From positions 19,991-83,990 of the forward strand of contig DATHVP010000030.1 of NCBI GenBank assembly GCA_035461245.1: DNA of 64,000 nt, written 5' to 3'. Positions 44,690-53,288 of the stretch are shown here, piece after piece (the stretch's first letter is position 1; every line of letters begins with the position of its first letter). The stretch comes from Longimicrobiales bacterium. GTDB lineage: Bacteria; Gemmatimonadota; Gemmatimonadetes; Longimicrobiales; RSA9. The notes beneath the pieces were generated by a model, which was not told the DNA's origin, did no database searches, and saw only the letters and a program-made list of their open reading frames with translations. Position numbers and translations under genes: made by a program.

Positions 44690-46173
44690 CGACATCGAAC
44701 CTGCCGGTCCTGCTGTTCGTCATCCCGTTCGTCGCGTCATTGTTCGCCGCCGGGGGCGGCTGGCTGGTGCGCGGCGCCGAGAAGTGGGTGACCCTGGCGG
44801 CGCTGGCGCTGACGGCGGCGCTGTCACTGTTGGCGCTGCCGCAGGTGCTGGCCAGCGGATCGCTGCACACGCACCTGGGCGGCTGGGCGCCGCCCATCGG
44901 CATCGAGGTGCTGCTCGACCCGCTGAGCGCGTTCATGGCCGTGGTGGTGTCGGTGGTCGCGTTCATCGTCGTGGCCGGCGCCGGTCCGCAGATCGCCGAG
45001 GAGCTGCACGGCCGGGAGACGGTGTGGTACGCCACGGTGCTGCTGCTGACGAGCGGGCTGATGGGGCTGGTCATCACCAACGACCTGTTCAACCTGTTCG
45101 TGCAGATCGAGGTCGTCAGCCTGAGTGCGTATGCGCTGGTGGCCGCCGGCGGCAGGGGCGCGCCCCGGGCCGGGCTGAACTACCTGATCATCGGCTCCAT
45201 GGGTGCGTCCATGTACCTCATCGGCGCCGGCTTCCTCTTTGCCGCGACGGGCTCGCTGAACATCACGGACGTGGCGGCCCGGCTGGGCGAGGCGGATCCC
45301 CGGCTGGCGCTCTCCGCCGGGCTGCTCATCGTCGCCGGCCTCGGCATCAAGATGGCACTGTTCCCCCTGCACGTGTGGATGCCGCGGGCGTACGCCGTGT
45401 CGCCGACCGTGTCGGCGTCGCTCATGGCCCCGCTGGTGACCAAGGTCTCCGCGTACGCACTGTTGCGCGTCATCTTCTGGGTCTTCGGCGCGGGCACGCT
45501 GGTGGTGGAGGAACTGCTGTTGCACGTCATCGCCTGGGCCGGCGCGCTGGCCGCGCTGTTCGGCGGGGTGCTCGCCTTCCTGCAGAAGGACATCCGGCGA
45601 CTGCTGGCGTATTCCAGTGTCGGTCAGATGGGCATCGTGGCGCTGGGCATCGGCATCGCCAACACGTCAGGGCTGACGGGCGCCGTGCTGCACATTGCCA
45701 GCGACGCACTCATGAAGGCCGTGCTCTTCCTGGCCGCCGGCATCGCACTGCTCCGCTTCGGCGTGCGCAATGTGGATGAGCTGCACCTGCTGCGGGGGCG
45801 GGCGCCGTGGACGGCAGCTGCCATGACCGTGGCGCTGCTGTCGCTGGTGGGCGTGCCGCCGCTCAGCGGGTTCTTCGGCAAGTGGTACGTGCTGAGTGCC
45901 GCCCTCATCGAGGGCCGCTGGGCGCTGGCGGCCGCGCTGGTCATCGGCAGCCTGGCCACCATCGGCTATTCGTTCCGTATCATCGAGAAGCTGTATTTCA
46001 CCCCCGTGGAGGCCGACGCGGCGGGCCCCCGTGAGGGCCAGGTGCCGGTGGTGGCCGCGTGCGTCGTGATGGCGGCGCTGCTGGTCGTGGTGGGGCTGAG
46101 CAACGACTGGATCGTGCGGGTGCTGGTGCTGCCGGGCCTGCCGGGTATGGCCGCGTTCGGGATGGTGCCATGA
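44686..46173 (+). CDS. mnhD: NuoL/M/N-family proton-conducting membrane subunit (MrpD-like 1)
   Basis: 495 aa, about 14 TM helices. KMALFPLHVWMPRAYAVSPTVSASLMAPLVTKV and RLLAYSSVGQMG are antiporter-module signatures. ATGA overlap with mnhC. Confidence 0.85.
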   Translation: MTTSNLPVLLFVIPFVASLFAAGGGWLVRGAEKWVTLAALALTAALSLLALPQVLASGSLHTHLGGWAPPIGIEVLLDPLSAFMAVVVSVVAFIVVAGAGPQIAEELHGRETVWYATVLLLTSGLMGLVITNDLFNLFVQIEVVSLSAYALVAAGGRGAPRAGLNYLIIGSMGASMYLIGAGFLFAATGSLNITDVAARLGEADPRLALSAGLLIVAGLGIKMALFPLHVWMPRAYAVSPTVSASLMAPLVTKVSAYALLRVIFWVFGAGTLVVEELLLHVIAWAGALAALFGGVLAFLQKDIRRLLAYSSVGQMGIVALGIGIANTSGLTGAVLHIASDALMKAVLFLAAGIALLRFGVRNVDELHLLRGRAPWTAAAMTVALLSLVGVPPLSGFFGKWYVLSAALIEGRWALAAALVIGSLATIGYSFRIIEKLYFTPVEADAAGPREGQVPVVAACVVMAALLVVVGLSNDWIVRVLVLPGLPGMAAFGMVP

Positions 46174-47735
46174 TTATGGGCTCACCGGCCATGATGGCAC
46201 TGGCGGTTGCGGCGCCGTTCGTCGCCGTGCTGTTCATCCTGTTCGCGCCGCGGCGGCTGACCGAGGTGTGGGGCTTCATTGCGGCCGGCATCGCCGCACT
46301 GGCGTGCGCCAGCCTGTTGCCGGCGGTGCTGGGCGGGGCGGTGCCCGAGCAGCACCTCCTCACGCTGATGCCCGGCATGGAGCTGGTCTTCCGCGCCGAC
46401 GCGCTGGGCCTGACGTTCGCGCTGCTGGCGTCCGGGCTCTGGATCATCACCGGCGTCTACTCGGGCGGCTATGCCCGGGCGGACAACCTGAAGCACCGGC
46501 CGCGCTACTTCGCTGCGTTCGCCGCGTCCGTCGGTGCGGCGCTGGGCGTGGCTTTTGCCGGCAACCTGCTCACGTTCTTCATCTTCTACGAGACGCTGAC
46601 GCTCTCCACGTACCCGCTGGTGGTGCACAAGGAAAGCGAGAAGGCGTACGCCGCGGGCCGGCGCTACCTGCTGTTCGCGCTGGGCAGCGGCCTGGCCATG
46701 CTGACGGCCATCGCCTGGACGTGGCAGATCACCGGCTCGCTGGACTTCACGCCGGGCGGTTTCCTGGCCGGCCAGGTGGCCGGACCACAGCTGGCCGTGC
46801 TGTTCACGCTCTTCATCCTGGGCGTGTCCGTGAAGGCCGCGGTCATGCCACTGCATTCGTGGCTGCCGGCGGCCATGGTGGCGCCGACGCCGGTGAGCGC
46901 ACTGCTCCACGCCGTCGCCGTGGTGAAGGCGGGTGTGTTCGGCGTCATGCGCGTCATCGGCTTCGTCTTCGGCCCGGCGGCGCTGGCGGACTTCGGCGGC
47001 GACGAGATCCTGGCCGGCCTGGCGGCCGCGACCATCGTCATCGGCTCACTCATCGCCCTGCGCCAGGACAACCTGAAGCGACGGCTGGCGTACTCCACGG
47101 TCGTGCACCTGTCGTACATCGTGCTGGGCGCTGCGCTGCTCACGCCGTACGGCCTGGTGGGTTCCACCATGCACATGGTCAACCACGGGCTGGCCAAGAT
47201 CACGCTGTTCTTCTGTGCCGGCGCCATCTACGTGACGACGCACCGGGAGAACATCAGCCAGCTCACGGGCCTGGGCCGGCAGATGCCGTGGACGTTCGGC
47301 GCGTTCACCGTGGGCTCGCTGGCGCTGGTGGGCATACCCGGACTGAGCGGCTTTGTCGGCAAGTTCTTCCTGGCGCGGGGTGCCATCCAGGGCGACGACG
47401 TCATTGCGCTGGCCATCATGCTGGGCGCATCGCTGCTGACGGCGTCCTACCTGCTGCCGATTGTGCGGATCGCGTTCTTCCCGGGGCTGACGCCTGAGGG
47501 TGAGGCGTACCCGACTCATCGGGCTGAGGCGCCGCGTTCCATGCTGGTGCCCCTGCTGGTGACGTCGGTGCTGGTGGTGATCTTCGGCGTGCTGCCGTAT
47601 GCCATCGGCACGCAGTACGAGCTGGCGGACCTGGTGGCGGAGCGGGTGTTCAGCGCGGCCCGGTTCGTGGGCGACGGCGCTGCGCCGCTTGTCGTCGAGG
47701 GTGCCGCCGGCCTGGGCGGTGGAGGCATGCCATGA
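46170..47735 (+). CDS. NuoL/M/N-family proton-conducting membrane subunit (MrpD-like 2)
   Basis: ATGA overlap at 46170. KAAVMPLHSWLPAAMVAPTPVSALLHAVAVVKAGVFG and RRLAYSTVVHLSY. Confidence 0.85.
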   Translation: MIMGSPAMMALAVAAPFVAVLFILFAPRRLTEVWGFIAAGIAALACASLLPAVLGGAVPEQHLLTLMPGMELVFRADALGLTFALLASGLWIITGVYSGGYARADNLKHRPRYFAAFAASVGAALGVAFAGNLLTFFIFYETLTLSTYPLVVHKESEKAYAAGRRYLLFALGSGLAMLTAIAWTWQITGSLDFTPGGFLAGQVAGPQLAVLFTLFILGVSVKAAVMPLHSWLPAAMVAPTPVSALLHAVAVVKAGVFGVMRVIGFVFGPAALADFGGDEILAGLAAATIVIGSLIALRQDNLKRRLAYSTVVHLSYIVLGAALLTPYGLVGSTMHMVNHGLAKITLFFCAGAIYVTTHRENISQLTGLGRQMPWTFGAFTVGSLALVGIPGLSGFVGKFFLARGAIQGDDVIALAIMLGASLLTASYLLPIVRIAFFPGLTPEGEAYPTHRAEAPRSMLVPLLVTSVLVVIFGVLPYAIGTQYELADLVAERVFSAARFVGDGAAPLVVEGAAGLGGGGMP

Positions 47736-47959
47736 GGGAGGCGATGAAGGATCGCGTGAGCATCATCCTGGCCGCAGTGCTCCTGGTGCTGGTGGCGCTG
47801 GAAGCGCTGGTCTGGGGGCACGAGCACCCGCGGTTCCCGTGGCACAGCGTGCCGGGGTACGCCGCGATGATCGGCCTGTTCTCGTGCCTGTTCGTCGTGC
47901 AGCTGAGCAAGCTGCTGGGCAAGACGCTGCTGCAGCGACCGGAACGCGATGACTACTAG
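47732..47959 (+). CDS. 75-aa two-TM hypothetical protein embedded in the Mrp-type operon
   Basis: ATGA overlap with the upstream gene, and its 3' end overlaps the downstream start by 11 nt. Two hydrophobic helices flank the loop WGHEHPRFPWH. Confidence 0.5.
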   Translation: MREAMKDRVSIILAAVLLVLVALEALVWGHEHPRFPWHSVPGYAAMIGLFSCLFVVQLSKLLGKTLLQRPERDDY

Positions 47960-49634
47960 CCTGCTCCTCCACCCCGTCCTGCCGTTCGTCGTTGCGGCGG
48001 CCCTGGCGGCGGTGGCCGGCCCCATGGGCCGGCGCCTGGTCTCCCTGGCGGCGCCACTCGCGGCGCTGGCCATGCTCGTCTCGCTGCCCGACGGCGCCAC
48101 CGCCGGGTTCTCGGCACTCGGCCACGACTGGGTGCTGCTGCGCGCCGACGGACTGGGCCGCGTCTTCGCCATGGCGTTCATCCTGTACGCGTTCATCGCG
48201 TCCATCTTCGCGTGGTCGGAAGAGGGCGCGGGACCGAAGGTCGCGGCCATGGCGCTATGCGGGGCCGGCGTCGGTGTGGTGCTGGCAGGTGACCTGCTGT
48301 CCCTCTTCTTCTTCTGGGAGTGGCTGACCGTCGCGTCGCTGTTCCTCCTCTGGTTCGGCAATACGCCGGGCTCATGGGCCGCCGGGTTCCGCTACCTGGT
48401 CTTCCACCTGGCGGGCGCCACGGTGATGCTCATGGGCATCCTCATGCAGATGGCCGAGGGCAACACCGCGTTCACGGCCATGCCGGCGACACAGCTCTCG
48501 GCGTGGCTGATCCTGGCGGGCATGGTCACGAATGCGGCGGTGCCGCCGCTGCACGCGTGGCTGTCTGACGCGTATCCCCGGGCCAGCGTGTTCGGCACGG
48601 TGTTCCTGGCGGCGTTCACGACCAAGGCCGCTGTCTACGCACTGAGCCGGGCCTTCGCCGGCACGGAGATCCTGGTCTGGGGCGGCACCATCATGGCGCT
48701 GTTCGGCGTGGTCTACGCCGTGCTGGAGAACGACATCCGGCGGCTGCTCACGTACCACATCATCAGCCAGGTCGGCTACATGGTGGCGGGCGTGGGGCTG
48801 GGCACGGCGCTGGCCCTGAACGGCGCGTCCGCCCACGCGTTCTCCCACATCTTCTACAAGGGCCTGCTCATGATGTCCGCCGGCGCCGTCATCTACGCGA
48901 CGGGCCGCGGCAAGCTCACGGAGCTGGGCCACCTGGCCGGGCCGCTGAAGCTGGTGCTCATCTTCATGATGATCGGCGCGTTCTCCATCTCCGGCGTGCC
49001 GTTCTTCAACGGCTTCGTCAGCAAGTCCATGATCGTGTCGGCGGCAGCCTATTCGGAGCGGGCGCCCATCGAGTTCCTGCTGCTGGTCGCCTCCATGGGT
49101 ACGTTCCTGCACACGGGGCTGAAGCTGCCCTGGTTCACCTTCTTCGGGAAGGACCAGGGCGCCCGTGTCATACGCGACGTCCCCACGTCCATGTACGTGG
49201 CCATGGGGCTGGCCGCCATCGTCTGCTTCGTCACCGGCGTGCTGCCGGGACCGACGCTGTACGCGCTGCTGCCCTTCGACGCGACGTACGCGCCGTTCAC
49301 GGCGCACCACTTCCTGGAGTCGCTGCAGCTGCTGACGGGCACGGCGCTGGGCTTCTGGCTGCTCCGCGTGAAGCTGGGCGGCGAGCCGACGACGACCATT
49401 GACATCGACAGCTTCTACCGCCAGCCCATCCTGTGGACGGTGGACAGTGCGGGCGCGCTGTTCGAGGGGATCGGTGCCAGGGCGAAGGCCGGCACGGGCG
49501 CGGTCATCGGCGGCAGCTGGGGCGCCATGCAGGGCTTCGGCCGACGCTACGCGCACACGCCGCTGGCGGTCCAGAGCTTTGTCATCGTCGGCGTCATCGC
49601 GCTGGTGGGGCTGGCGGTGATTCTCACGCGCTGA
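47949..49634 (+). CDS. NuoL/M/N-family proton-conducting membrane subunit (MrpD/MrpA-like 3)
   Basis: 561 aa. NAAVPPLHAWLSDAYPRASVFGTVFLAAFTTKAAVY and RRLLTYHIISQVGYMV. Confidence 0.8.
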   Translation: MTTSLLLHPVLPFVVAAALAAVAGPMGRRLVSLAAPLAALAMLVSLPDGATAGFSALGHDWVLLRADGLGRVFAMAFILYAFIASIFAWSEEGAGPKVAAMALCGAGVGVVLAGDLLSLFFFWEWLTVASLFLLWFGNTPGSWAAGFRYLVFHLAGATVMLMGILMQMAEGNTAFTAMPATQLSAWLILAGMVTNAAVPPLHAWLSDAYPRASVFGTVFLAAFTTKAAVYALSRAFAGTEILVWGGTIMALFGVVYAVLENDIRRLLTYHIISQVGYMVAGVGLGTALALNGASAHAFSHIFYKGLLMMSAGAVIYATGRGKLTELGHLAGPLKLVLIFMMIGAFSISGVPFFNGFVSKSMIVSAAAYSERAPIEFLLLVASMGTFLHTGLKLPWFTFFGKDQGARVIRDVPTSMYVAMGLAAIVCFVTGVLPGPTLYALLPFDATYAPFTAHHFLESLQLLTGTALGFWLLRVKLGGEPTTTIDIDSFYRQPILWTVDSAGALFEGIGARAKAGTGAVIGGSWGAMQGFGRRYAHTPLAVQSFVIVGVIALVGLAVILTR

Positions 49635-49717
49635 CGGCGACACGCAGCGGCCGACGTACTACAGGCGGCGAAGTACGGGGGCGGAGTACGGGCGACAAAG
49701 TACGGGCGACGAACTGC

Positions 49718-49745
49718 GGGGGCCGGGCCTGGTGGCCGGGCCCCC
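49718..49745. terminator. bidirectional GC hairpin between the convergent Mrp operon and the pfpI-like gene
   Basis: GGGGGCCGGGCC tggt GGCCGGGCCCCC pairs at 11 of 12 positions. Lies between stops at 49634 (+) and 49753 (-). Confidence 0.5.
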
Positions 49746-49752
49746 GTTCGTT

Positions 49753-50301
49753 CTACCTGTGGACGCCTTCGGCGAATTCCTCCACCATCTTCCGGTTGAA
49801 GGCGGGGATGTCATCGGGATTGCGGCTGGTCACCAGCCCGTTGTCCACGACGACTTCCCGGTCCACCCACCTTGCGCCGGCGTTCTTCATGTCGGTCTGG
49901 ATGGAGGTGTAGCTCGTCAGCTCCCGGTCCCTGACGACGCCGGCCTCGGCGAGGAGCCAGGGCGCGTGGCAGATGGCGGCGACGGGCTTGCCGGCCTCGA
50001 CGAAACGGCGGGCGAAGTCCACCGCCTTCTCGTCCTTGCGCAGGTTGTCCGGGTTCATGACGCCGCCTGGCAGCAGCAGCGCGTCGTAGCTGTCGGGGTC
50101 GGCGTCGCTCACCTGCCGGTCCACGCGGACCTCGCTGCCCCAGTCGGTCTTCGCCCAGCCCCGTACTGATCCTTCCTTCAGCGAGACGATCTCGATTTCA
50201 GCGCCGGCCTCCTCCAGCGCCTTGCGCGGCTCCGTGAGTTCCACCTCCTCGAACCCGTCCGCCACGAGGATCGCCACCTTCCTCCCGCTCAGTTCAGCCA
50301 T
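49753..50301 (-). CDS. DJ-1/PfpI-family (class I glutamine amidotransferase-like) protein
   Basis: Start moved to ATG 50301 (MAELSGRKVAILVADGFEEVEL). Nucleophile elbow AAICHAPWLL. 182 aa, typical of PfpI/YhbO. Confidence 0.9.
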   Translation of the reverse strand: MAELSGRKVAILVADGFEEVELTEPRKALEEAGAEIEIVSLKEGSVRGWAKTDWGSEVRVDRQVSDADPDSYDALLLPGGVMNPDNLRKDEKAVDFARRFVEAGKPVAAICHAPWLLAEAGVVRDRELTSYTSIQTDMKNAGARWVDREVVVDNGLVTSRNPDDIPAFNRKMVEEFAEGVHR

Positions 50302-50648
50302 CCGCCTGCTCCTTTGCTCCAGTGTCACGCATGTCTCGCCCCCCTCAAGGGGGCAAGCCCCAGGCCACCGGGCAACGTCCCGGATCCGGGACGCAACGTC
50401 CCATAACGAGCTGTTCAGCGGCGGCACCGTCGTGGGTGCGATCTCGGTAAGCTGTTGCAATTCAGTATCTTGGGCGGAGGAGTCCGCCGGGTACGGGGGT
50501 TGCCCCTGCAGGTGATGTGGCGGTCGCCTGCAACCACCGGACGCTGCGTCGCATCTCATTCCATGTGGGCGGCAGCGGGACGGCGAATCCGGAGACGGCC
50601 GTGACGCGTAGTGGATGGAGACAGAAGATCGGTTCCCTGGGAGGTAAC

Positions 50649-51539
50649 GTGTCCCGAATCTGCGGCATCTGCGTGGCGACATTGCTGGTATCCATGCCGG
50701 CAACCAGTCCTGCCCACGGCCTGCCCACCATTCCGCTGCTGCCACCGCCGGAACCGGCGCCCAACAGCCTGGTGGCCGCCGCCGACGGCACCCTGTACTT
50801 CGTGGACGCCACACGCAGCACCGTCTGGCGGCTTCGACCGGGGGGCGAGCCCATGCCGTTTGTCACCGGCACCAGCGGCCCGTCGCTGCAGGTGGACGCC
50901 GCGGGCAACCTGTATGGTACGCGCGTGGAGCGGCGCGGCAGGGTGTCCGTGTGGCGCGCCTCTGCTGACGGCACCGTGACCACCCTGGGCCGGGCTGGCA
51001 GCGATCGGGAAGCCCGGCGCCTCCTGGCCACGCACGCCGGCGCCTGCGGCCTCGCGGGTGCCGCCGCGGTCCTGCCGGTGGACGGCCACACGCGGATGAC
51101 TGGTGGCGACCTGCTCATCACGTCCGGCAACGCCGTGCGACGGGTGGCGGCGGACGGCGGTGTCACCACCCTTGCCGCCGGCGGCGAATTGCTGCGCCAT
51201 CGGTCCGGGCTGATGGGCCGCGTATTCCGGAACTCGCCCGCCCACCTTACGGGCATCGCCATGGCCGGCGACGGCGACGTCTACGTCGCCAACGCAGCCA
51301 GCGGGGCCATTGTGCGCATCGGCCGCAATGGCCTCGTCCGGCAGGCGTACGAGGCTTCGCCGGGCTGGCGACCTGCGGGGCTCGCCAGTGTCGGCGGCGC
51401 CATCTATATGTTGGAGTACGGCGCCGGCGTGCGGATCCGGCGGCTGGATGACGACGGCGTCGGTGCGCTCGTCGCTATCGTGCCGTCAACTGTCTCCGCC
51501 GCGGCGCTGCCGGCGGGAATGCCCTGGCTGCCGATCTGA
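50649..51539 (+). CDS. secreted beta-propeller-like (NHL/SMP-30-like repeat) hypothetical protein
   Basis: GGGAGG RBS, then GTG 50649. Signal-like ICGICVATLLVSMPATSPAHG. Repeated DGTLYFVD / AAGNLYG / DGDVYVAN motifs. Confidence 0.45.
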   Translation: MSRICGICVATLLVSMPATSPAHGLPTIPLLPPPEPAPNSLVAAADGTLYFVDATRSTVWRLRPGGEPMPFVTGTSGPSLQVDAAGNLYGTRVERRGRVSVWRASADGTVTTLGRAGSDREARRLLATHAGACGLAGAAAVLPVDGHTRMTGGDLLITSGNAVRRVAADGGVTTLAAGGELLRHRSGLMGRVFRNSPAHLTGIAMAGDGDVYVANAASGAIVRIGRNGLVRQAYEASPGWRPAGLASVGGAIYMLEYGAGVRIRRLDDDGVGALVAIVPSTVSAAALPAGMPWLPI

Positions 51540-52726
51540 GAGACGTCAGGGACGCCTGTCAGTGCCAGCAGTGTAAGCACGGTAAGGATCCCTCCCACAG
51601 CCGCCAGAACCAGCAGCAGGTCGAGCCCGATCCCGTTCAGCATCAGCATGCGCGCGGCCCATGGCCAGCCGGACGCGGCCAGAGGCGCCAGCATGGCGAC
51701 GAGGGCGGAGGCATAGAGCAGCGTGCGGATACCCGCCCGCGCCTGCCGCTGCATGCCGTGCAGCAGCGCGGGGGTGACCAGGCCGAGGAGGATGAGGTGC
51801 AGCACCGCGACGACGATGCTGCGGTTGTGCATGAACGCCGCGCCCACACCGGCCGCCGCCGCCAGTTTCACCAGCCCCGCCGCCGCCGCCGCCGCGACGG
51901 CCAGGAGGGGCAGGGGAGGGGGGCGGAGGCGGGCACGGGTGGCGGAGGCCGCCAGGTCCCACGTCGCCAGCAGCAGCGCGGCGCCCACGAGTCCGATGCC
52001 CAGCCGACCGATGAGCACCAGCACCGGCGCCGGCGCCCCCGGAACGTAGAGCAGCGTGGAGGGCAGCGCACCGACGGCGACGAGAAGGACGACCGTCGTC
52101 GCATTCCGGGTGTCCGCGCCGATCCGGCCCCGGTACAGGAAGCCCAGTGCCGTGAGCAGCAGGAACCCGCTCACGAACGGTGTCAGAAACAGCTTCACCC
52201 CGAACTGCACCAGCCACGGATCCGTCACCTGCCGGACCATCATCACGGCGGGTACCACGGTCATGGCCCCTGCCACGACCAGGAACGCCAGGCCGGCCCG
52301 CAGCAGGCTGGTGCTGCCCGTGTCGCCGACGCTGCCCAGCGGCCGCCAGAGCAGCGCCGCCAGCGTGATCCAGAAGGCGACGTGGACGGCTGACACGGTG
52401 ATGGTGAGCGCGTCGTAACCCCGCAGGGCGAAGCCAACGAACGCGACGACCGAGCCGATGCCGATGCCGTGAGCCAGCAACCGATGGCCCAGGACCGCCC
52501 TGCGGCCGAGCGAGGGCACCAGCAGCACCAGCCCCGCCGCGGCAGCCATCACCATCCAGCCGAAGAAGCCGCCGTGGGAATGGGCGTGGATGACGTGGGG
52601 CGTCTGCAGGCCGCCCCGGACCGCCGGCCACACGAACGCCGACCGCAGGTACGCCCCCGCCACCAGCGTAAGGGCAAGCAGTACGGCGGCATAACGGGCG
52701 TAGAGGACACTGATGCGTTCATTCAT
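51404..52726 (-). CDS. polytopic membrane protein (about 12 TM helices) with an HAHSHGGFFGW motif; function unknown
   Basis: Hydrophobic helices run throughout the 440 aa, and a conserved-looking His cluster starts TM2. The 3' end overlaps the convergent 50649-51539 ORF by 136 nt. Confidence 0.6.
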   Translation of the reverse strand: MNERISVLYARYAAVLLALTLVAGAYLRSAFVWPAVRGGLQTPHVIHAHSHGGFFGWMVMAAAAGLVLLVPSLGRRAVLGHRLLAHGIGIGSVVAFVGFALRGYDALTITVSAVHVAFWITLAALLWRPLGSVGDTGSTSLLRAGLAFLVVAGAMTVVPAVMMVRQVTDPWLVQFGVKLFLTPFVSGFLLLTALGFLYRGRIGADTRNATTVVLLVAVGALPSTLLYVPGAPAPVLVLIGRLGIGLVGAALLLATWDLAASATRARLRPPPLPLLAVAAAAAAGLVKLAAAAGVGAAFMHNRSIVVAVLHLILLGLVTPALLHGMQRQARAGIRTLLYASALVAMLAPLAASGWPWAARMLMLNGIGLDLLLVLAAVGGILTVLTLLALTGVPDVSQIGSQGIPAGSAAAETVDGTIATSAPTPSSSSRRIRTPAPYSNI

Positions 52727-52971
52727 GGTGCCGGAAAACTGGCGGCCATGTCTCTGGCTGTCAGTCAGGCGAACCGTGTCCGCGGGGACGGGGACTGGCC
52801 GTCTGGCGGCGTGGGGAGATGCCCTACAAGGACGCGTCCTGCTGGCGGGCGGGCACGTCGCCGCCGTGAGGGAGGGTTCGCTGTCGGCGAGACGGAGAAA
52901 CGGCGCCGGGCGGGCTGTTCAGCAGCGCAGTACCGCGTTATATTACGGGCTCCGGTTGTTGTTTCGATGTA

Positions 52972-53045
52972 CGGGACGTAGCGCAGCCCGGTAGCGCACC
53001 TGAATGGGGTTCAGGGGGTCGCCGGTTCAAATCCGGCCGTCCCGA
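52972..53045 (+). tRNA. tRNA-Pro (anticodon GGG)
   Basis: Manual cloverleaf. Acceptor CGGGACG/CGTCCCG, D stem GCGC/GCGC, anticodon stem CCTGA/TCAGG with loop AT-GGG-GT, T arm GCCGG-TTCAAAT-CCGGC, discriminator A. CCA is not encoded. Confidence 0.9.
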
Positions 53046-53097
53046 CTGTCCGATCGTCACGCTCAGTGACGTAGGGGTCAAGGAGTCATTGGGGCAC

Positions 53098-53142
53098 AAT
53101 AAAAAGGCCGATCAGCGAATGACGCTGGTCGGCCTTTGGTTT
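53098..53142. terminator. bidirectional rho-independent terminator
   Basis: ATAAAAAA, then GGCCGATCAGCG aatga CGCTGGTCGGCC (a 12-bp stem with one G-T pair), then TTTGGTTT. Confidence 0.6.
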
Positions 53143-53288
53143 GGTGCAGCTAACGCAAGTTTGGCACACCTCTGCATACGGTTGGGCGGCCGTGACTCAC
53201 GCACGGATCGATGCAGCCCTTGCGTTAATCCAGGAGAACCACCGGGCCCATTGGTTATCGGTCATGCCCGCGCGGTCACCCGCATGAT

